Origin: an uncultured Clostridia bacterium
GTDB taxonomy: Bacteria; Bacillota; Clostridia; Christensenellales; UBA1242
Direction: 5' to 3'
Assembly: GCA_947629745.1 (NCBI GenBank)
Contig: CANREZ010000001.1
Coordinates: 125,181 to 189,180 of the forward strand
Length of the DNA stretch: 64,000 nt
Part shown: piece after piece, positions 1 through 11,822 of the stretch
Numbering within the stretch: the stretch's first letter is position 1
Layout: the number at the start of each line of letters is the position of its first letter
The notes under the pieces: generated by a model
What the model was told of the DNA's origin: nothing
The model's database searches: none
The model's input: only the letters and a program-made list of their open reading frames with translations
Program-made: the position numbers and the translations under genes

Positions 1-1773
<1,773 letters not shown>

Positions 1774-2021
1774 TTATAACATAATTATTGACCAATTCCT
1801 AATCTTTTTGCCTACTTATATTATAAATATATATATTATATATAACTATATTATATCGGGCGAATCTGCCACCATTTTCGCGGTGTAGAGGCCATTCAAG
1901 TTCCTTTTTACAAAATAATCTATAATTGTGTGTGAGTTGCTATTATTTTTAACTTTTCCTTAACTCAAAAATTTACACCCTAGTTTTTGTTTTAGTTAAA
2001 ATATAGATATAGGGGTGTTTT

Positions 2022-4358
2022 ATGGAAAAATCTATCACACTGCGTGCATTAAAATCTAAGTCGAATGTAAAGACGAGGAAACTCGCGCAAGTCATATTCA
2101 ACTATCTATCAATACTCGGAGTATTCATACTATGCAGCCTTGCTAGTGTGAACGCAGGATACATTAGGACTTTCGGCTTTGGAGTGTACTTTGGAGCATT
2201 ATGGAGCGGATTTGAGCCACTAGGCACGAGCATTGCCTACCTTATCGCAGGCTCAGTTACAAACTTAAATATCTACAGTGTAGCATCTACGCTTGTCACG
2301 TGTATATTTGGATTGCTCTACACCTATCTCTATCTTAGGAGAGGTAAGAAGAAAAAGTACATTGGCATAATATTTAGCGTGCTGTCTCAGTGTCTATATC
2401 TATACACAGTGAGTGTGGATCTATCAGGAATGCTTGCCGGATTGCTCGGTGTATCTCTTGGCGCGATTGTCACATTCGCCACAATGAGTGCACTAAATAG
2501 CACCATCATGCACAATTTTGCAAAGAAACTAGTTGTGGACGAGAAAGTATCACTCGGAGTGCTAATAATGATACTAGGAATGGGTCTTGCTGCACTTAGG
2601 ATAGACTTCTTCGAGCCAATTAGATTGATTGAGATATTGTTACTTATATTCCTAGTGGATATAGGATACAGCAAACATATTTTATTCATTTCCATTTGCT
2701 TAGGATTAGGGGCTACACTTAGCACGCTTGATGCGAGCTACATCAGTGCTTTTGCTCTCCTGGGACTAATATGTCAGATATTCGTCTCGTCCAATAGATA
2801 TCTAGTAGGCATCAGTGCGGTGCTTGTCGACTGCTTCATGGGATTACTACTTAATGCCTATGTGGATTATAACATTGTGTCACTCGCAGTCGCGGTGGCA
2901 GGAGTGTTAGTGATGTTTTGTATTCCAAAGAAAGTGATTAGGAAAGTGACTAGATACATTCCGTGTGACATCGTCTACGACACGGGCAAGGATATAGTGA
3001 CCCGCAGTCAAAATATGCTATCCGCCAAGATAAATAATTTGTCGGGAATATTCCGCGAGATGGAGAGAGCTTATCGCAGTATGACCGAGACTGTAGTAAG
3101 TGAGGCAGATATCAAGGAAAATATTGGGCATGAATTGATGGACAAGTGTTGCAAAAATTGTGCAAATAGAGATAAGTGTCTAAAAATTGGCGGCAAATAT
3201 TCGAGTGAAGTATTCAGTGATATGCTAAATGCCGGCCTTAAGAAGGGAAAGGTTAATTTAGTCGACGTGTCGCAGTACCTATCCAGTCGTTGTACAAAAC
3301 TCCATAGCGTATTATCTATCACGAATAATATGTTAGATGGTTACAAGAATTATACGACCTATACCTCTAGCATGAATAGCTCAAGGCTGCTCGTGGCAGA
3401 CCAATTGTGTGGGGCTAGTAGTATACTTGCCGACCTATCCAGTCAAGTGAAACACACTATCACTTATGATAGAGGGAAGGAAGAGAGGATAAAGGAAGAA
3501 GTAGGCTACATCGGTGTGCGCGTGGATGATGTGGCAGTGTACACCGACTATGATATGCCTGTAGTTACTATCTCGCTAAAAGGTGAAGTGACAGCAGAGA
3601 ATGACAAGGAGATAAATAAGATAATCTCGCGTGTTTGTGGCATAAAGATGGTGCGTGATGACAACTTCACACCTCTTGGTGAGATAAGATGTTACACATA
3701 TAGGTCGCGGCCAAATTACAGCATCACTTATGGGTGTGCTAGTTGCACAAAGAGTCATGTGATAGCATCAGGTGATACTCACACACTAATTAAGATAGAT
3801 GATGGCAAATACATGATGGCGCTCTGTGATGGCATGGGCAGTGGCAGGGTGGCGCATTCTACCAGTAGCCTTGCTATATCCCTAATTGAAAATTTCTACA
3901 AAGCCGGCTTCTCATCGGATATGATACTCTCCTCTGTGAATAAATTGCTCTCTAGCTCGCAGGATGAGAATTACTCCACACTTGACATTTGCGTGATGGA
4001 TACGAGGTCGAGTGTGATGGACTTTATTAAGCTCGGTGCGCCATATGGGGTGATAAAGAATGGCAGCAATATCGAGGTGGTGGATACTTCCGGACTCCCA
4101 ATTGGAGTGCTAGATGAGATGACGCCTCACATAGATAGACATCCTATCAGCGACGGAGATATGATCATCACTTTCTCCGACGGCATTTGCGATGTATATA
4201 GTGATATGGAGAGTCTCATAGAATACATCCGCGCGCAGGATGTGCTAAATCCACAGACCCTCGCTGAGAGGATATTATCTCACACCATCGACCAGTGCGC
4301 CGATGAGGTGCGGGACGACATGAGTGTGTGTGTAGCAAGGCTCATTGCTAATACTTAG
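2022..4358 (+). CDS. spoIIE: Stage II sporulation protein E (membrane-bound PP2C-type phosphatase)
   Basis: 778 aa. The N-terminal half has about 10 hydrophobic helices. The C-terminal domain is PP2C/SpoIIE-like (MALCDGMGSGRVA, FSDGICD). AGGGGTG RBS upstream. Confidence 0.85.
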   Translation: MEKSITLRALKSKSNVKTRKLAQVIFNYLSILGVFILCSLASVNAGYIRTFGFGVYFGALWSGFEPLGTSIAYLIAGSVTNLNIYSVASTLVTCIFGLLYTYLYLRRGKKKKYIGIIFSVLSQCLYLYTVSVDLSGMLAGLLGVSLGAIVTFATMSALNSTIMHNFAKKLVVDEKVSLGVLIMILGMGLAALRIDFFEPIRLIEILLLIFLVDIGYSKHILFISICLGLGATLSTLDASYISAFALLGLICQIFVSSNRYLVGISAVLVDCFMGLLLNAYVDYNIVSLAVAVAGVLVMFCIPKKVIRKVTRYIPCDIVYDTGKDIVTRSQNMLSAKINNLSGIFREMERAYRSMTETVVSEADIKENIGHELMDKCCKNCANRDKCLKIGGKYSSEVFSDMLNAGLKKGKVNLVDVSQYLSSRCTKLHSVLSITNNMLDGYKNYTTYTSSMNSSRLLVADQLCGASSILADLSSQVKHTITYDRGKEERIKEEVGYIGVRVDDVAVYTDYDMPVVTISLKGEVTAENDKEINKIISRVCGIKMVRDDNFTPLGEIRCYTYRSRPNYSITYGCASCTKSHVIASGDTHTLIKIDDGKYMMALCDGMGSGRVAHSTSSLAISLIENFYKAGFSSDMILSSVNKLLSSSQDENYSTLDICVMDTRSSVMDFIKLGAPYGVIKNGSNIEVVDTSGLPIGVLDEMTPHIDRHPISDGDMIITFSDGICDVYSDMESLIEYIRAQDVLNPQTLAERILSHTIDQCADEVRDDMSVCVARLIANT

Positions 4359-4429
4359 TGGATAATAAAATGTATTTACTAGACAATCACCTAAAATTAT
4401 TGTAAAATTTAGATATAAAAGGTGATAAC

Positions 4430-5773
4430 ATGTTTGAGAAAGTACGAGAGTTTATAGAAGAAAACAATATGATCCATAGTGGAGATAGGATAGGTGTGGC
4501 ATGCTCTGGCGGAATAGACAGCATGTGCCTACTGCACTATCTGTGTTCACTGCGCGACAAATTGAATTTTAGCGTGTGCGTGATAAATATCGATCACAAC
4601 TTGCGCGACCATAGCGCGGATGACTCAAAGTTTGTGCTTGAGTATTGCAAGCAGCACGACATTCCAGTCTATATGTACAAGATAAATGCAAAGCGCCTAG
4701 CCTTAGATAAAGGTTATACCATAGAGCAGGCGTGCCGCGAAATGCGCTACAATATTTTTAATGCAATACTAAATAAGAAGATTGTAAATAAGATCGCACT
4801 AGGCCATCACGAGTCCGACCAAGCAGAGACTATACTTCTAAATATCTTCCGCGGCAGTGGCATACATGGGGCATGTGGCATGGAGCCTATCCGTGATGAT
4901 AAATATATTAGACCACTACTTACTACATCAAAGCTCGATATATCGGTCTACGCTAGCACGAATGACATCCCTTACGTCGAGGATGAAACTAATCTAGACA
5001 GTGAATATACTAGGAATTATCTACGCAACGTAGTCATGCCGCTAATTAGATCCAAGTGGCCCACTGTTGACAATTCTATAGCATCTTTTGGCAGAAAGTG
5101 TAGAGTAGAGGATAACTTCATCGCAGACCAGATAGATGAGAGTACAGTAGAGTATGAGAATGCGAATACAGTGAAAGTGCCGACATATTTCTTCACCATG
5201 CACGAGTGCATATACACCCGTGTTGTTCGCCATGCTCTAGAGAATATTGGAGCTAGTGTGGATATTGAGAGCAAACATTACAAGCAGATTGCAGACCTTG
5301 CCCTTGGCAGTGAGAATGGCAAGAAGATAAATTTGCCGCACAAACTGCGCGTGATAAAGGAATACAATTTCCTCACATTCACCAATGCGGGTGAGAATAA
5401 GCTAGTGCCAGAGTATCCATTTACAAAAGGTTCTACTGATATCAAGGCATATGGTGTGATAGAGGTGAATTTGCTACGCAATTGGTCGGTGGGTGAATAT
5501 GACCACTTGGTCGACCGAGTGAAGATCCCAAAGAACGCTGTGTGGCGCACACGCCATGAGGGTGACGTCATCACCAAGTTTGGCGGTGGCACAAAGACTC
5601 TAAAGGAATATTTCATTGAGAAGAAAGTGCCAACGAGGCTTCGCGATGTGACGCCGGTGCTTGCAGTGAAGAATGAGATATTAATAGTAGCAGGTGTGGA
5701 TATTTCGGATAAAGTAAAAGTGGATAAGAATACGAAATCTGCCTATGGCATCAATGTGATAAGATTTAGGTAA
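4430..5773 (+). CDS. tilS: tRNA(Ile)-lysidine synthetase
   Basis: 447 aa with PP-loop motif VACSGGIDSM. Length and C-terminal domain fit TilS. AAAGGTGA RBS. Confidence 0.9.
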   Translation: MFEKVREFIEENNMIHSGDRIGVACSGGIDSMCLLHYLCSLRDKLNFSVCVINIDHNLRDHSADDSKFVLEYCKQHDIPVYMYKINAKRLALDKGYTIEQACREMRYNIFNAILNKKIVNKIALGHHESDQAETILLNIFRGSGIHGACGMEPIRDDKYIRPLLTTSKLDISVYASTNDIPYVEDETNLDSEYTRNYLRNVVMPLIRSKWPTVDNSIASFGRKCRVEDNFIADQIDESTVEYENANTVKVPTYFFTMHECIYTRVVRHALENIGASVDIESKHYKQIADLALGSENGKKINLPHKLRVIKEYNFLTFTNAGENKLVPEYPFTKGSTDIKAYGVIEVNLLRNWSVGEYDHLVDRVKIPKNAVWRTRHEGDVITKFGGGTKTLKEYFIEKKVPTRLRDVTPVLAVKNEILIVAGVDISDKVKVDKNTKSAYGINVIRFR

Positions 5774-5844
5774 TATACTAAAATTTTTAGGATTATTTGT
5801 AGATTTATGTTACAATTAGATATATAGGTTCGGAGGAATATATT

Positions 5845-6270
5845 ATGAATATGATGCTAGTGGATAGCCAGTCAATTACAATTATAGTGATAGCGTCTGT
5901 AATATTTGTGCTAGGCCTTGCCTGCCTGATATACAAGATAGCTAAGCATATCAAGCGCAATAAGACCGGAGTGGAAGTGATAGACGACACGAGATACACC
6001 ACTACGGATAAGACACAAAAGGAAGACGGCTCAGTCAATGTGTCTGTCAATACCAGTGACCTCATGCTTGTACAGGACAAAGATTATATAGTGAGCAAGG
6101 ACGGCGAGCTAAAGCCTGGCAAGTACACCATTCTATCTACACAGGAAGGTCTTGCTACTGTATCACTTAGGATTGGTCATTATGTGAGGACATACAAGCA
6201 CGGCTCATCCATAGTATTCGTAGAGGGTGAGAAAGTGACACCTGTTAGCACATCGGTGATATTAAGATAA
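5845..6270 (+). CDS. Hypothetical membrane-anchored protein (single N-terminal TM helix, soluble beta-rich C-terminal part)
   Basis: 141-aa ORF with GGAGGA RBS. Sits directly upstream of the SPFH and zinc-ribbon genes. Confidence 0.6.
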   Translation: MNMMLVDSQSITIIVIASVIFVLGLACLIYKIAKHIKRNKTGVEVIDDTRYTTTDKTQKEDGSVNVSVNTSDLMLVQDKDYIVSKDGELKPGKYTILSTQEGLATVSLRIGHYVRTYKHGSSIVFVEGEKVTPVSTSVILR

Positions 6271-6299
6271 TTATTGCAAAAGAGAATTAGGAGAAAGAA

Positions 6300-7244
6300 A
6301 TGGGACTATTTAGTTTTTTAAGGAATAATACATTAAAATCTATCGAGTGGCTGGATAATACCAAGGACACCATAGTATATAGATTCCCTATGGACGGCAG
6401 GAGCATAATGTTTGGCAGCAAACTCACAGTGCGTGCCGGCCAAGTGGCAATATTTGTGAATAAGGGCAAAGTATGTGATGTATTCCAAGAGGGAATTCAT
6501 ACTCTTAGCACATCCAATTTGCCAATACTCACTCAAGTACTAGCCCTGCCATTTGGATTCAAATCACCATTCTTTAGCGAAGTGTATTTCGTTAATACCA
6601 AGCAATTTACCAACGAAAAATGGGGCACTTCAAACCCTGTCACCATGCGTGACCCAGAGTTTGGCACGATCAGGATTCGTGCATTTGGCACATACGCTTT
6701 CCGTGCAGAAGATCCTGTGACACTGCTTCGTGAATTGTTTGGCACGAGTGCTAGCTTTGAGACTGGGGATATCAGTGAATATCTAAAGAGCGTGATTGTG
6801 TCAGGACTATCGGATGCAATAGCTGAGTCTCATATATCGGCTCTAGATATGTCTAGCAATCTAAATGAATTCAACGAGACTATTGCAGCAAGGATTAGAG
6901 ACAAATTCCACACACTTGGATTAAAACTAGTGAACCTTGTGATAGAGAATATCTCATTCCCAGAGGAAGTGGAGAAGGCTATTGACGCAAGGACGTCCCT
7001 TGGCGTGATTGGCAAGGATATGGATACCTTTGTGAAGTACAAATCTGCAACTGCTATGAGTGATGCTGCGAATAACCCAAATGGTGCAGCAGGCACAGGT
7101 ATAGGCCTTGGAGCAGGAGTGGTCATGGCAAATATGATGAAGGACAGCGCAAAGTCAAAGCCTAGTGTGAAGTACTGCCCAAAGTGCGGTGCAGAATCTA
7201 AGTCAAGTAGCAAATTTTGCAGCCAATGCGGACATAAATTTTAA
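6300..7244 (+). CDS. SPFH/band-7 family protein with C-terminal zinc ribbon (B. subtilis YdjI-like)
   Basis: 314 aa. The N-terminus (FLRNNTLKSIEWLD..IVYRFP) and overall layout match my recollection of the YdjI/Band_7_1 type. The C-terminus YCPKCGAESKSSSKFCSQCGHKF is a CxxC..CxxC ribbon. Confidence 0.75.
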   Translation: MGLFSFLRNNTLKSIEWLDNTKDTIVYRFPMDGRSIMFGSKLTVRAGQVAIFVNKGKVCDVFQEGIHTLSTSNLPILTQVLALPFGFKSPFFSEVYFVNTKQFTNEKWGTSNPVTMRDPEFGTIRIRAFGTYAFRAEDPVTLLRELFGTSASFETGDISEYLKSVIVSGLSDAIAESHISALDMSSNLNEFNETIAARIRDKFHTLGLKLVNLVIENISFPEEVEKAIDARTSLGVIGKDMDTFVKYKSATAMSDAANNPNGAAGTGIGLGAGVVMANMMKDSAKSKPSVKYCPKCGAESKSSSKFCSQCGHKF

Positions 7245-7259
7245 TTAAAAAATTAGAGT

Positions 7260-7289
7260 AGGGCACACGTAATCTGTTGCCCTATTTTT
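7260..7289 (+). terminator. Rho-independent terminator or attenuator between the SPFH and zinc-ribbon genes
   Basis: AGGGCA..TGCCCT stem followed by a T-run. Confidence 0.6.
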
Positions 7290-7299
7290 GAGGAAAAAT

Positions 7300-8415
7300 A
7301 TGAAGTGTAAGAATTGTGGGTCAGTGATGACTTTTGACCCAAAAGCAAAGGGTATGTTATGCTCCAATTGTGGCTCAACACTAGATATTAAGTCAGAGGA
7401 TTATAGTGGCAAGTATGAGATAGATACACCCCTTGATACTAATATGAAGAGTAGTTATATCACGTGCGCCGAGTGCGGACATGGTAAGGAAGTGGACGGG
7501 GCCCAGGTGTGCGACTTTTGCTCGTCAGTACTGATCAATAATTATGTGGGAAAAGTGGACGCAGTGGTGCCTTTTGCTCTCGACAAAAAAGACGCAACTA
7601 GTGCATACAACTCATGGATTAGCAATAGATTTTGGGCGCCAAAAGCGGTGAGATCCAGCAAATACAATGGCAGTAGATTCCGTGGATATTACTTGCCATG
7701 CATGGCTTACGATATGAATACTACTACAAGATATAGTGGCACGATGTACGAGAGCCGTGACAGTCATGTTCACTATGGTGCTATGAATTTTGCACACATA
7801 TCTGGTGGACGAGTGAGTGTGCATATAGGCCCTAGCGGCATGCACCATGGCATGCATCATGGTATGCATCATCATGTTGGCGGACCAGTGGGTGGGCCAC
7901 ATAATGATATGAGGATAGTGCCATTCAGCGGCACAAGGACGGACAATTTTGTCGACTTGCTATATACTAATAGCGATATTACAAATGGTTATGATATCAA
8001 CGAGTTGTCACCATTTAAGATGGCTGATGCGAAGAAATATAACGCACTATACTTATCAGGTTACACTGCACCTAGTATGATTATAGACCAGAATGTGTCC
8101 CGTGATAGGACCCGCGACTATGCATATGACCTTATCAAGCAACGTGCCTGTGCAGGTAAGAATGTGGCATCATATAATCAGACTGTGAAAGTCAATTCGT
8201 TCAAAAAAGCAAGATACATGCTACCCGTCTATGTAGGGTCTTGGAAATACGGCAAGAAGCAGTACAAAGTATTCATCAATGGCTCTACTGGCAAAGTAAT
8301 GGGAGATTACCCAAAGAGTGCATTCAAGGTCACTCTTGCAGTACTCATATTCTTACTATTCTTTGGCACAATTTTTGCAGTATTCTTCCTGCAATTCTTC
8401 AATGTTGGGCTGTAA
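7300..8415 (+). CDS. Double zinc-ribbon protein with C-terminal TM anchor (YdjG-like); contains a His-rich GMHH x3 repeat
   Basis: MKCKNCGS..CSNCGS and CAECGH..CDFCSS ribbons, with a hydrophobic C-terminus. I moved the start to ATG 7300 (GAGGA RBS); the track start at 7288 is a TTG. Confidence 0.7.
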   Translation: MKCKNCGSVMTFDPKAKGMLCSNCGSTLDIKSEDYSGKYEIDTPLDTNMKSSYITCAECGHGKEVDGAQVCDFCSSVLINNYVGKVDAVVPFALDKKDATSAYNSWISNRFWAPKAVRSSKYNGSRFRGYYLPCMAYDMNTTTRYSGTMYESRDSHVHYGAMNFAHISGGRVSVHIGPSGMHHGMHHGMHHHVGGPVGGPHNDMRIVPFSGTRTDNFVDLLYTNSDITNGYDINELSPFKMADAKKYNALYLSGYTAPSMIIDQNVSRDRTRDYAYDLIKQRACAGKNVASYNQTVKVNSFKKARYMLPVYVGSWKYGKKQYKVFINGSTGKVMGDYPKSAFKVTLAVLIFLLFFGTIFAVFFLQFFNVGL

Positions 8416-8448
8416 AAATCACATAATATTTTAGATAGATTAAAAAAA

Positions 8449-8475
8449 ATACAATGGTTCCCCATTGTATTTTTT
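8449..8475 (+). terminator. Rho-independent terminator
   Basis: ATACAATGG/CCATTGTAT stem followed by TTTTTT. Confidence 0.8.
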
Positions 8476-8691
8476 CTATTTAACTAAGTATATTTTACTA
8501 ATTGTCAATTAGGAATTCATAATTTATATGAATAGAATTTATGAAAGAAATTTAGCATATTTATTTTTACACCAGGACTATGTAACAATTATCTACATTA
8601 GAAATAATAAACATATTAATCAATAATTCTGATGCTTAATTATGAAATTTTTTTACACTCAATCAACAATTTCTACACATTAATTAAAGTA

Positions 8692-9783
8692 CTACACGTT
8701 AAATCTAAATAGTATGACATCGCCGTCTTGCACCACATAGTCCTTTCCTTCCATGCGGACTAAGCCATGCTCGCGGGCGTTGTTGTATGAACCACTCTTT
8801 GCTAGGTCGTCAAAGGATACCACCTCGGCCTTGATAAATCCTCGCTCAAAGTCGGAGTGAATCTTGCCTGCAGCAGCAGGAGCTTTTGTGCCACGAGCGA
8901 TTGTCCACGCACGCACTTCAGGCTCGCCTGCAGTGAGATAGCTTATAAGGCCAAGCAATCTGTAACTAGTTACAATTAATTTGTCCAGTCCGGATGAAGA
9001 TAGACCTAGTTCTTCCTTAAATAATTCGGCTTCGTCAGGCTCGAGACTAGATAGTTCTTCCTCAATTTTTGCTGAGCACACTATGACCTCGGAGCCTTCT
9101 TTTGCTGCATAGGAGCGCACGGCTTTTACATAATCATTATCGCTACCACCTATATCGGAATCTTTTATATTAGCACAGTAGATCACAGGCTTTGATGTGA
9201 TGAGGAAATATCCCTTTATTATTTCATTTTCCTCGGCTGAGGCAGGGTAGTTTCGCACAGGTTTTTGAGACTCGAGCATCTCCATCAGTTTATTTTGCAG
9301 TTCGAGTTCTGCAGCAGCGGATTTATCACCGGCTTTCACACTCTTTGCAGTCTTTTCTATTTTCTTTTGCAGAGACTCGATGTCGGCTAGTATCAATTCT
9401 AGATTAATTGTCTCTATATCTCGCACAGGGTCTATTGTGTCACTCACGTGTATCACTTTTGGGTCATCAAAGCATCGGACGATGTGCACTATGGCATCGA
9501 CTTCTCGAATATGACTTAAGAATTTGTTCCCAAGTCCCGCACCTTGGCTAGCACCCTTTACTAGGCCTGCTATATCGACAAATTCTATTATTGCTGGAGT
9601 AATTTTCTTCGTGTCATACATACGGGCAAGTACTTCCAGTCGCTTGTCTGGCACGGTGACCACGCCAACATTTGGCTCAATGGTACAGAATGGGTAATTC
9701 TCCGCAGGAATACCTTTCTTAGTAATTGCGTTAAATAGTGTTGACTTGCCGACGTTTGGCAATCCTACTAAACCTAGTTTCAT
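8692..9783 (-). CDS. ychF: Redox-regulated ATPase YchF (Obg-family GTPase)
   Basis: MKLGLVGLPNVGKSTLFNA P-loop and a TGS-like C-terminus ending DGDVILFRFNV. Start set at the ATG preceded by AGGAGA; the track start at 9810 is 9 codons upstream. Confidence 0.95.
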   Translation of the reverse strand: MKLGLVGLPNVGKSTLFNAITKKGIPAENYPFCTIEPNVGVVTVPDKRLEVLARMYDTKKITPAIIEFVDIAGLVKGASQGAGLGNKFLSHIREVDAIVHIVRCFDDPKVIHVSDTIDPVRDIETINLELILADIESLQKKIEKTAKSVKAGDKSAAAELELQNKLMEMLESQKPVRNYPASAEENEIIKGYFLITSKPVIYCANIKDSDIGGSDNDYVKAVRSYAAKEGSEVIVCSAKIEEELSSLEPDEAELFKEELGLSSSGLDKLIVTSYRLLGLISYLTAGEPEVRAWTIARGTKAPAAAGKIHSDFERGFIKAEVVSFDDLAKSGSYNNAREHGLVRMEGKDYVVQDGDVILFRFNV

Positions 9784-9918
9784 AATTTCTCCTCTAGCAT
9801 AATCATGCAATATGATTATACACTATCCTTAGTGCTTTTGAAAAGTATTCTTAGCAAATTGTGGACACGATATGGCTTAATATGATATTATTTTACTATC
9901 AAATAGGAGATAAGTTTG

Positions 9919-11613
9919 ATGGATATCAAGCAAATTGTTTATGACAATATCAAGGATAGCCCGATGCTACGCGAGGTGGACAATCTATATGATTTGCTCG
10001 CACCTACAGTGTCGCTAGATAGAGGAGATATCACCCTGCCATGCTTTACACTGGCTAAGACATTCCACATGAGCCCAAACACCATTGCTGAGAATATCAA
10101 AAGCTCACTTAGTGGCACACAAGTATTCACAAAGATCGAATGTGTGAATGGATATCTCAATTTCTTCCTAGATAGGGCTATGTGTGAAGAGAGGATACTA
10201 GACGAGGCCACAAGCGGGGTGGACTTTGCGAAAGTAGACCTAGGCCACGGCGATGTGGTTATAGCCGATTATTCCAGTGTGAACCTTGCAAAATATATGC
10301 ATATAGGGCACTTGTCCACCACTATAATTGGTCAAGTGGTGTGCAATCTTTATGCATATCTAGGATACGATGTGAAAAGGTTAAACTACGTGGGCGACTA
10401 CGGCACACCTTTTGGCAAAATGGTTGCTGCGGTGAAGCGCTGGGGAAGCCTTGAGGAGATCAAGCGTGAGGGCATAGATAAGATCCAGGATTACTATGTG
10501 AGATTCACTAGAGAGGCCGAGGATGACCCAAGTCTGCTAGACGAGGCGCGCGAATACTTCAAGAAGATTGAGGAGAACGACCCCGAGACTCGCGAGATAT
10601 ACGATGTAATAATTTCGAAGAGCAAAGAGGAAGTGGAGTCCATCTGCAATATCCTAGGTGTGAAGTTCGATAGCTGGATAGGTGAGGCTTACTATCAAGA
10701 CAAGATGGCGGCTGTGGTGAAGGAGCTAGACGACCGCGGTCTTACCATGATTAGCGAAGGGGCAAAGATTGTGGATCTATCCGACTATGGCTTAGGCGTA
10801 TCCATGATCAATAAGTCGGATAACACGAGCCTTTATGTCACCCGTGACTTGACAGCAATTCAGGATAGATACAATAGATATCATTTTAGCAAAGCATTTT
10901 ATGTGACCAGTGTGCAGCAGAAGTTGCACTTCGAGAGATTATTCAAGCTGTGTGAGCTTTTGGAGCGACCATATGCCAAGGACCTAGTTCACATATATTA
11001 TGGCACATACTCCCTATCTACTGGCAAAATCTCCAGTCGTCTTGGCAAACAAGCACTCATTCGAGATATGTTGGATCTTGCTATCTCGCGTGCGCGTGAG
11101 GTGTTAGAATCCCGTGGCACAAAGACCGATGATATAGAGGCACTTGCAAGGAATATTGGTGTAGGGGCAGTGATATTTAGCGTGCTAAAGACTGAGAGGA
11201 CCAAGGACGCTGTCTTTGACATGGACCGCGCACTATCCTTTGATGGAGAGACTAGTCCATATATGCAGTACACCTATGCTAGATGTTGCAGCATTATTTC
11301 TAAGAGTGGCAGTGATATATCGGGATACAAGGATGAGATGGCAGGAATACTTGATAGCGATAGTTATGAGTTATTATCCCACATTAATAAATTCCGCGAC
11401 ATATTAGTAGATGCTGCGAAGAAATATGAGCCAAGTGTATTATCCAAGTATTTGCTCGAGCTGTGTAGCCTATTTAATAAATTTTATTCCACGCATCGCA
11501 TTATCGAGAATGACACTGTGTCGCACAGCCGACTAGCTGTAGTGCTTGCCACACGCAATGTCCTATTCACCGGTCTAAAACTCCTCAATATCACCCCAGT
11601 GGAGAAGATGTAG
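9919..11613 (+). CDS. argS: Arginine--tRNA ligase
   Basis: About 564 aa. Class I HIGH-type motif (MHIGHL) and an ArgRS-like N-terminal and anticodon-binding layout. AGGAGA RBS 8 nt before ATG 9919. Confidence 0.9.
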   Translation: MDIKQIVYDNIKDSPMLREVDNLYDLLAPTVSLDRGDITLPCFTLAKTFHMSPNTIAENIKSSLSGTQVFTKIECVNGYLNFFLDRAMCEERILDEATSGVDFAKVDLGHGDVVIADYSSVNLAKYMHIGHLSTTIIGQVVCNLYAYLGYDVKRLNYVGDYGTPFGKMVAAVKRWGSLEEIKREGIDKIQDYYVRFTREAEDDPSLLDEAREYFKKIEENDPETREIYDVIISKSKEEVESICNILGVKFDSWIGEAYYQDKMAAVVKELDDRGLTMISEGAKIVDLSDYGLGVSMINKSDNTSLYVTRDLTAIQDRYNRYHFSKAFYVTSVQQKLHFERLFKLCELLERPYAKDLVHIYYGTYSLSTGKISSRLGKQALIRDMLDLAISRAREVLESRGTKTDDIEALARNIGVGAVIFSVLKTERTKDAVFDMDRALSFDGETSPYMQYTYARCCSIISKSGSDISGYKDEMAGILDSDSYELLSHINKFRDILVDAAKKYEPSVLSKYLLELCSLFNKFYSTHRIIENDTVSHSRLAVVLATRNVLFTGLKLLNITPVEKM

Positions 11614-11697
11614 CAAAAGAAATGAGGATGATATTACAAACAGATTTTAATTAGTAAATGTAATTGCGATTAACTATTGTAATAAAAACATGATAAA

Positions 11698-11730
11698 TAA
11701 AAATGGAGTGCAAGATACACTCCATTTTTA
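11698..11730. terminator. Bidirectional terminator between convergent argS and the TVP38-family gene
   Basis: ATGGAGTG/CACTCCAT stem flanked by an A-run and a T-run. Confidence 0.75.
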
Positions 11731-11822
11731 GTAAGTAGACTAACCTATGATATATATAGAGGGAATATAGTCAGTATGTGACATGAGCGAGCTCTTAACT
11801 ATCTCATGTTCCAACATTTTTA

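Noticed and set aside
9811-9918. Looked for a T-box leader upstream of argS
   Set aside because: The intergenic region is only about 100 nt and has no GGTGGTACC T-box sequence or terminator/antiterminator pair.
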